A stretch of 64,000 nt of DNA from Candidatus Poseidoniales archaeon. GTDB lineage: Archaea; Thermoplasmatota; Poseidoniia; Poseidoniales; Thalassarchaeaceae. Of the stretch, positions 59,293 to 64,000 are shown piece by piece. Location: assembly GCA_012960975.1 (NCBI GenBank), contig DUAE01000055.1:41143-105142 (forward strand). Direction: 5' to 3'. The translations under genes and the position numbers were made by a program. How positions within the stretch are numbered: position 1 is the first letter of the stretch; each line of letters starts with the position of its first letter. The notes beneath the pieces were generated by a model that did no database searches, was not told where the DNA came from, and worked only from the letters and a program-made list of their open reading frames with translations.

Positions 59293-59676
59293 CTATTGAT
59301 TAGCTTCATATTTCGATGGGCAACCAGTTTGAATTTCCTTGGCTTGGATAACCCAAATGCCATCATTAAACACTAATTTACCTTTTACCGATATTGTTAA
59401 TCCCTCTGAAAATCCATCAGGAAGGGAAATACTAGAGTGATCGATTGATATTTCTTCAACTTCACCTGACAGTAAAAATAAGTTTGTTTCATCATCAACA
59501 ATACCAATTACAACTTCACCTCTTAAATGCACATTATCATTTTCAAAATCTTCGGGAGATCCCATTAACTCATCTACTGAATATTGGTAATCCTTGTCCA
59601 CATTAAGAAACATCAGAGAAGTTAAAATTAATAATATAACTCCAATTATTATCAATCTATTATTTCTTGTTAGCAA
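59293..59676 (-). CDS. ccmE: Cytochrome c maturation protein CcmE, variant with C-terminal CxxxY (CPSKY) instead of HxxxY
   Basis: An N-terminal TM anchor and an OB-fold body (HLRGEVVIG...DGFSEGLTISVKGKL) lead to the C-terminal AKEIQTGCPSKYEANQ. This aligns with CcmE ...AKHDENYTPPEV, with Cys at the heme-binding position. Confidence 0.55.
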   Translation of the reverse strand: MLTRNNRLIIIGVILLILTSLMFLNVDKDYQYSVDELMGSPEDFENDNVHLRGEVVIGIVDDETNLFLLSGEVEEISIDHSSISLPDGFSEGLTISVKGKLVFNDGIWVIQAKEIQTGCPSKYEANQ

Positions 59677-59709
59677 TTATAATACCTCCTCAAATTATTA
59701 ATGATACAA

Positions 59710-60813
59710 TCAATGATGATTATATCCTACCGCCTCTTCAATATTCACAAAACCTTCAGTTTTTACTTTCTTCTTGAGTCCTTTAACAATTTCAGAAACT
59801 ACTGAGGGGCCTTTGAAAATTAATGCAGAATACAATTGTAACAACGAGGCCCCCGATTGAACCATTTCCCAGGCAACATCTGCAGAGTCAATTCCACCCA
59901 CACCAACAATTGGAACGGATCCACCCGTTGAATCATAGAGTAGATTAACAACTTCGAGAGCCCTTTTATTGATTGGCCGACCTGATAATCCACCTGATTC
60001 AGCGAATGCAGACCTAGATCTAGAGTTATTTGGTACTGGACGAGAAATTGTGGTATTAGTTGCTACGAACCCGTTTATTCCATTAGAAAGGGCAATCTCT
60101 GCGGATGAAATCAAATCCTCATCGGATTCATCTGGTGAAAATTTCAATATAAGCGGTTTATTATCGCCCATTTTTTCTCGAACATTAGAACATGAATTGA
60201 TAACTTTAGCAAGACTATCTCCTCTTTGGAGATCGCGAAGCCCGGGGGTGTTTGGTGAAGAAACATTCAGAACAAACATATCAGCATAATCCCAAAGAAG
60301 TTCCAAAGATGATGAAAAATCATCAGCTGCATTATCATTTGTAACTTTTTTTGACCGTCCAATATTAGCCACCACGGGCGTATTAGGCCATTTCCCTCGT
60401 GCCTTTCTTTGATTGAGAGAGTCTCTTATCGCTAATGCACCTGGATTATTTAATCCCATACGATTAACTAAGGCTTGTTCTGAATCGGCTCTAAACATTC
60501 TAGGTTTTGGGTTTCCGTCTTGGGGATAGCGAGTAATTCCTCCATACTCCATCCATGAAAATCCTAAAGCAGGCCAAGCAGTTAATGCCTGTGCTTTTTT
60601 ATCAAACCCGGCGGCAAGACCTAAAGGGTGATGGAATAATTTCCCGAAAACATGAATTGGTAATTCTGGTGCATGATACACGCTACTAATTACTTTCTGA
60701 CCTGCTGGATTTTGTCCGAATCCGGAAAGAAAATTTAGACTGCGCTGATGGGCCTTTTCAGAATCCATGTAACGGAACATCGGTCGGACGAATGTCCTAT
60801 ATGCTAGTCCCAC
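59710..60813 (-). CDS. pyrD: Dihydroorotate dehydrogenase (quinone), class 2
   Basis: The N-terminal membrane-association extension MGLAYRTFVRPMFRYMDSEKAHQ is present, together with FMN-binding GLNNPG, GFVATNTT and catalytic Ser context. Length is 367 aa. Confidence 0.8.
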   Translation of the reverse strand: MGLAYRTFVRPMFRYMDSEKAHQRSLNFLSGFGQNPAGQKVISSVYHAPELPIHVFGKLFHHPLGLAAGFDKKAQALTAWPALGFSWMEYGGITRYPQDGNPKPRMFRADSEQALVNRMGLNNPGALAIRDSLNQRKARGKWPNTPVVANIGRSKKVTNDNAADDFSSSLELLWDYADMFVLNVSSPNTPGLRDLQRGDSLAKVINSCSNVREKMGDNKPLILKFSPDESDEDLISSAEIALSNGINGFVATNTTISRPVPNNSRSRSAFAESGGLSGRPINKRALEVVNLLYDSTGGSVPIVGVGGIDSADVAWEMVQSGASLLQLYSALIFKGPSVVSEIVKGLKKKVKTEGFVNIEEAVGYNHH

Positions 60814-60865
60814 ATCTATCCGGCGGAAACGGTATCCTTCAAGAGTTCCGTCCCCACGGCTAAGT

Positions 60866-61276
60866 ATGAACCAATCTGCTAACTCTTTGGCTATCTCAGA
60901 ATTAGCACGAAGGATTCTTCGTTCTACTGGTTGTATAATCAGTCACCCTAGTTACTTAGAAGATGAAATGAAAACATTTTCTACCGAATTATCTGATTTG
61001 GCGCCCACAATGATATTTGGAATGCAGAATAATTTACACATCTCTGAATGTATAAAAATTACTTTCGAAAAAACATCTAAGGGTGGAATTATATCGAAAG
61101 AATGTCCAGAAAATCTTGATGATGTTTGGATACAAGGAGATTACAAATATTGGCCGCGATTAAAAAAAAATATTCTTGATTTAGCAGAAGCGGGTTACCC
61201 AGGTTGTATCGGATGTGCAGGTCCAGCGGCTGAATTACCATGGGATGAAATATCTTCCAGAAGTAAAATTACATGA
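60866..61276 (+). CDS. Hypothetical Cys-containing protein
   Basis: ORF only. Contains CPENLDD...YPGCIGCAGP, with no confident family. Confidence 0.3.
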   Translation: MNQSANSLAISELARRILRSTGCIISHPSYLEDEMKTFSTELSDLAPTMIFGMQNNLHISECIKITFEKTSKGGIISKECPENLDDVWIQGDYKYWPRLKKNILDLAEAGYPGCIGCAGPAAELPWDEISSRSKIT

Positions 61277-61282
61277 CCGCCT

Positions 61283-61340
61283 CGCGCGCTCGCATACACG
61301 CGCGCGTGTTGGGTGAATTCTGTTTTGCTCAAGTTTATAC
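61283..61340 (+). terminator. GC hairpin (CGCGCGC-9 nt-GCGCGCG) followed by a T-rich tract; terminator-like
   Basis: Read directly: tCGCGCGCtcgcatacacGCGCGCGtgttgggtgaattctgttttgctc. The 7-bp all-GC stem is exceptional in this AT-rich context. Confidence 0.4.
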
Positions 61341-61409
61341 ACGTCGCATTGTGCGATGAGAAAATATGGTTCGGAATCTCCGAACTATTATTTGCGAGAG
61401 TGAAGAAAT

Positions 61410-63680
61410 TTGAAATTAATGATTCTCGAGTCCGGTGCGAAAGCAAAAACCGTCAAGAAATATCTTGGAAAAGGTTGGTTGGTAGAAGCATGTAATGGTC
61501 ATGTTCAAGATCTACCATCTAAGGGAAATAAAGATAGTTCAAAAGCGATGTGGGCATCGAAACCAGACCAACTTCCTGAACCACCATGGAGTTGGACTTC
61601 AAGAGCAGAAAAGAAAATGACATCGGTTTTAAAGAAAGCAAGAACCTCGAATGTTGATGGGGTCTATATCGCAACTGATCCTGATAGAGAAGGTGAGTTT
61701 ATTGCATGGCGCTTGAGCATTATTTTTTCAGAATTTGAAAATCAAAGGCGTGTGACCTTCAACGAGATTACTAAAAAATCAATTCATGAAGCGATTGAAA
61801 AATCTGATGAGATTAATGAATCGTTAGTGGATGCTGCAAAGGTTCGACGATTTATGGATCGATTGGTTGGATATAGGTGTTCAAAATTTGCGAGATCTTG
61901 GAAATTAGCATCAATGGGCAGAGTTCAAACACCTACATTAGGATTCATTGTCGAAAAAGAATTGGAACGAGAGGCTCATATCCCTATTAGCTATCACAGC
62001 GTTACAGTAAATGTTGACAATGTAAAATTTAAGGCACGATTCCACGAAAAAAACGACCCGGAGTCTTGGGTTGATGGAAAGGGAAAACATCACCCTGACC
62101 GAACTTTCGACTTAAACCTTGCAAATGATGCATTGACCGCTCTCCAATCTAATGAAGAATTAATCATTTCTTCAATAAAAGAAGGGCAGACCCGTAGAAA
62201 ACCAAAACCCCCATTCACCACAGACACACTATTACAATCTGCAAATTCAGCTCTGGGATGGTCGGTTGCCAAAACTAGTCAACTCGCTGGAAAATTGTAT
62301 CAATCAGGACATATTACTTACATCCGTACCGATTCTACAAGAACAAATTTAGATGCAAGAAATACTATTCGTACTTTCTTACTAAATGAATATGGAGAAA
62401 ATCACATAGGCGAAGGAGTAGTGGGGCCTGATGCAAAACAAAATGCTACAAATGTTCAAGATGCTCACGAAGCGATTAGACCCACTCGGCCGAAAAAAAA
62501 GGAGATTGAAGGGGTTGAAATGGACGAGAATCGATTATATTCCTTAATCTGGGCCAGATTCGCTGCTAGCCAAATGTCGGATTCGATAAGAGAAAGGAGG
62601 GATCTTGTTGCCACTTCTGAAGGATTTAAGAATTCATATTACGGCACTGCATCCTGGAGAATTCATCCGGGATGGGAGGCAGTATTTTCCAAATTTCAAG
62701 ATAAGATAATTACTCAACCACCCAAATTCCCCTTGGCCGAAGGAGAAAAATGGAAAATTACCAGCGAAAAAGAAAATCCTATTTTAATCAGTGATGAAAC
62801 AAAACCACCTCGGAGATTTTCTGAAAGTTCAATTGTTCAAGAAATGAAAAAGGCAGGAATTGGTCGGCCATCAACTTATGTCACAACAATAAATCGTCTA
62901 AATACTAGAAAATATGTGACTATTGAAAATGGTTCATTAATCCCTACCGGAGATGGCCGATTACTTTGGCTCGAAATAGTGCCGTTTTATAATAATCAAA
63001 ATGAGAAAAATGGTTTATTTAATTCCGATTTTACTGCGAAAATGGAATCAGATTTAGATGAAATTGAAAATCGATCTCAAACTGGACCTGATGTTTGGCA
63101 TACCTTCGTAGAAGAATTTCGTGATATGCATAATGTAGCTCTTGAAGAAAAAAGAAAAAAACCGACCAAAAGACAATTGGAGTATCTTGAAAACCGTATT
63201 AGAAACATGGATTCAGTTCAGAAGCATGAATTGTTGAATGGAACAAAAATTGATAAATTATCTGGAGATGAGATGAGAGAAATTCTCGAGAAAATAAATG
63301 AAGAAGGAAATAAGTGGGGTGAAATGCCTGCTAGTGAAAAGCAGATGAATTTGATTCACAAACTTACAGATCAATTATCTTTGAGTATATCAGAAATTTT
63401 AAAAATTGTTGAGCTGGATGACGTAGAGAAATTAACCGGTGGAAAAAATGGGACGGCAAGCACAATAATTTCTGAATTAATTGAAAGAAGCAGATTACTT
63501 CCGGCAACTGAACCTCAAGTGAAATTAGTGAAAAAAATAGCTGAACGATCAGAAACACCATTAAGTGATTTATTAGCCATAGCAGATATTGTAGACCTCT
63601 CAGAAATGACAAAAAGTGACGCCAGTCTTATTATTAACAAAACCATGAAAAAGAGTAAAAAAAGAAAGTCTAAGAAATAA
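61410..63680 (+). CDS. topA: DNA topoisomerase, type IA (TopA/Topo III-like) with Lys-rich C-terminal tail
   Basis: Toprim N-terminus MKLMILESGAKAKTVKKYLG...E, active-site Tyr context GHITYIRTDS, and a C-terminal KKSKKRKSKK tail. Confidence 0.85.
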   Translation: MKLMILESGAKAKTVKKYLGKGWLVEACNGHVQDLPSKGNKDSSKAMWASKPDQLPEPPWSWTSRAEKKMTSVLKKARTSNVDGVYIATDPDREGEFIAWRLSIIFSEFENQRRVTFNEITKKSIHEAIEKSDEINESLVDAAKVRRFMDRLVGYRCSKFARSWKLASMGRVQTPTLGFIVEKELEREAHIPISYHSVTVNVDNVKFKARFHEKNDPESWVDGKGKHHPDRTFDLNLANDALTALQSNEELIISSIKEGQTRRKPKPPFTTDTLLQSANSALGWSVAKTSQLAGKLYQSGHITYIRTDSTRTNLDARNTIRTFLLNEYGENHIGEGVVGPDAKQNATNVQDAHEAIRPTRPKKKEIEGVEMDENRLYSLIWARFAASQMSDSIRERRDLVATSEGFKNSYYGTASWRIHPGWEAVFSKFQDKIITQPPKFPLAEGEKWKITSEKENPILISDETKPPRRFSESSIVQEMKKAGIGRPSTYVTTINRLNTRKYVTIENGSLIPTGDGRLLWLEIVPFYNNQNEKNGLFNSDFTAKMESDLDEIENRSQTGPDVWHTFVEEFRDMHNVALEEKRKKPTKRQLEYLENRIRNMDSVQKHELLNGTKIDKLSGDEMREILEKINEEGNKWGEMPASEKQMNLIHKLTDQLSLSISEILKIVELDDVEKLTGGKNGTASTIISELIERSRLLPATEPQVKLVKKIAERSETPLSDLLAIADIVDLSEMTKSDASLIINKTMKKSKKRKSKK

Positions 63681-63736
63681 ATCTTTGACTTTTCGTAATT
63701 AGAAGAATCCAATAAGGAACGCCTTCTGACTGTGAT

Positions 63737-64000
63737 GTGACGAACATCGACTATGATGTAATTATAGTTGGTGCTGGCCCTATTGGTGGATATCTAGCTA
63801 GTAAATTAGCCGATAAAAAAATTAGTGTATTAATGCTTGAAGAACATAGTCAAATTGGTAGACCTTTTCAATGTGCAGGTTTAGTAAATCCTCAGGCAAT
63901 GGAAGCTGTCAATTTACATCACACAGTATTATCTTCAATCTGGGGTGCTCGATTATACAGCCCATCGGGTATATCAGTAGAAATTGGAAACCCTAACCAA
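63737..64000 (+). CDS. Geranylgeranyl reductase-family FAD-dependent oxidoreductase, N-terminal fragment (runs off window)
   Basis: From the GTG at 63737: (M)TNIDYDVIIVGAGPIGGYLASKLADKKISVLMLEE...GRPFQCAGLVN is a Rossmann FAD motif typical of archaeal GGR. Confidence 0.6.
   Translation, partial: MTNIDYDVIIVGAGPIGGYLASKLADKKISVLMLEEHSQIGRPFQCAGLVNPQAMEAVNLHHTVLSSIWGARLYSPSGISVEIGNPNQ

Overview
The window reads as a core chromosomal segment of an AT-rich archaeon; the archaeal assignment is inference from gene content. Markers include aEF-2, PriS primase, PAN, MBF1, Kae1, Tsr3, split transketolase and r-proteins S12/S7/S17e/L31e/L39e/S19e. A Marine Group II-like Thermoplasmatota origin is a guess only. 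I see no CRISPR array, integrase, transposase or other mobile-element hallmarks. I found no single large undescribed system but several separate oddities, listed under findings.

Coding content is dense and mostly housekeeping:
- the S12-S7-EF2 str cluster;
- an isoprenoid block: an IDI(type 1)-GGPP synthase fusion, isopentenyl phosphate kinase and thiolase;
- CoaBC, ProRS, MetRS and ValRS;
- split transketolase;
- futalosine menaquinone genes (a radical-SAM MqnC/E-type enzyme, MqnA and MqnD), plus a partial UbiD-family decarboxylase;
- PriS, PAN, MBF1, Tsr3;
- a complete THF-dependent histidine-utilisation operon: split FtcD, HutU and HutH, with HutI convergent;
- AlaX, Kae1, SlyD, methylmalonyl-CoA mutase with its epimerase;
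- a preQ0/archaeosine-precursor operon (FolE-QueE-QueC-MsrB-QueD);
- a SpoU methyltransferase;
- an r-protein operon S19e-L39e-L31e-S17e;
- FdhD, IscA, YgfZ, a 2-hydroxyacid dehydrogenase (PGDH-like), an RND-type exporter, an EVE-domain protein, CcmE, PyrD, type IA topoisomerase, and the start of a geranylgeranyl reductase.

Features the six-frame ORF track does not show:
- tRNA-Val(GAC) on the minus strand;
- an archaeal SRP (7S) RNA on the minus strand, in a GC-rich island;
- a 51-aa ribosomal protein L39e, below the 60-aa ORF cutoff;
- a 56-aa ribbon-helix-helix protein just upstream of folE, preceded by three direct repeats and a perfect 20-bp palindrome;
- a conserved GC-rich motif, CAGGWCGSCGG(G)CT, 11-31 nt upstream of the start codons of S12, EF-2 and S19e;
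- a half-size deoxyhypusine-hydroxylase-like HEAT protein carrying both DOHH-type His-Glu motifs.
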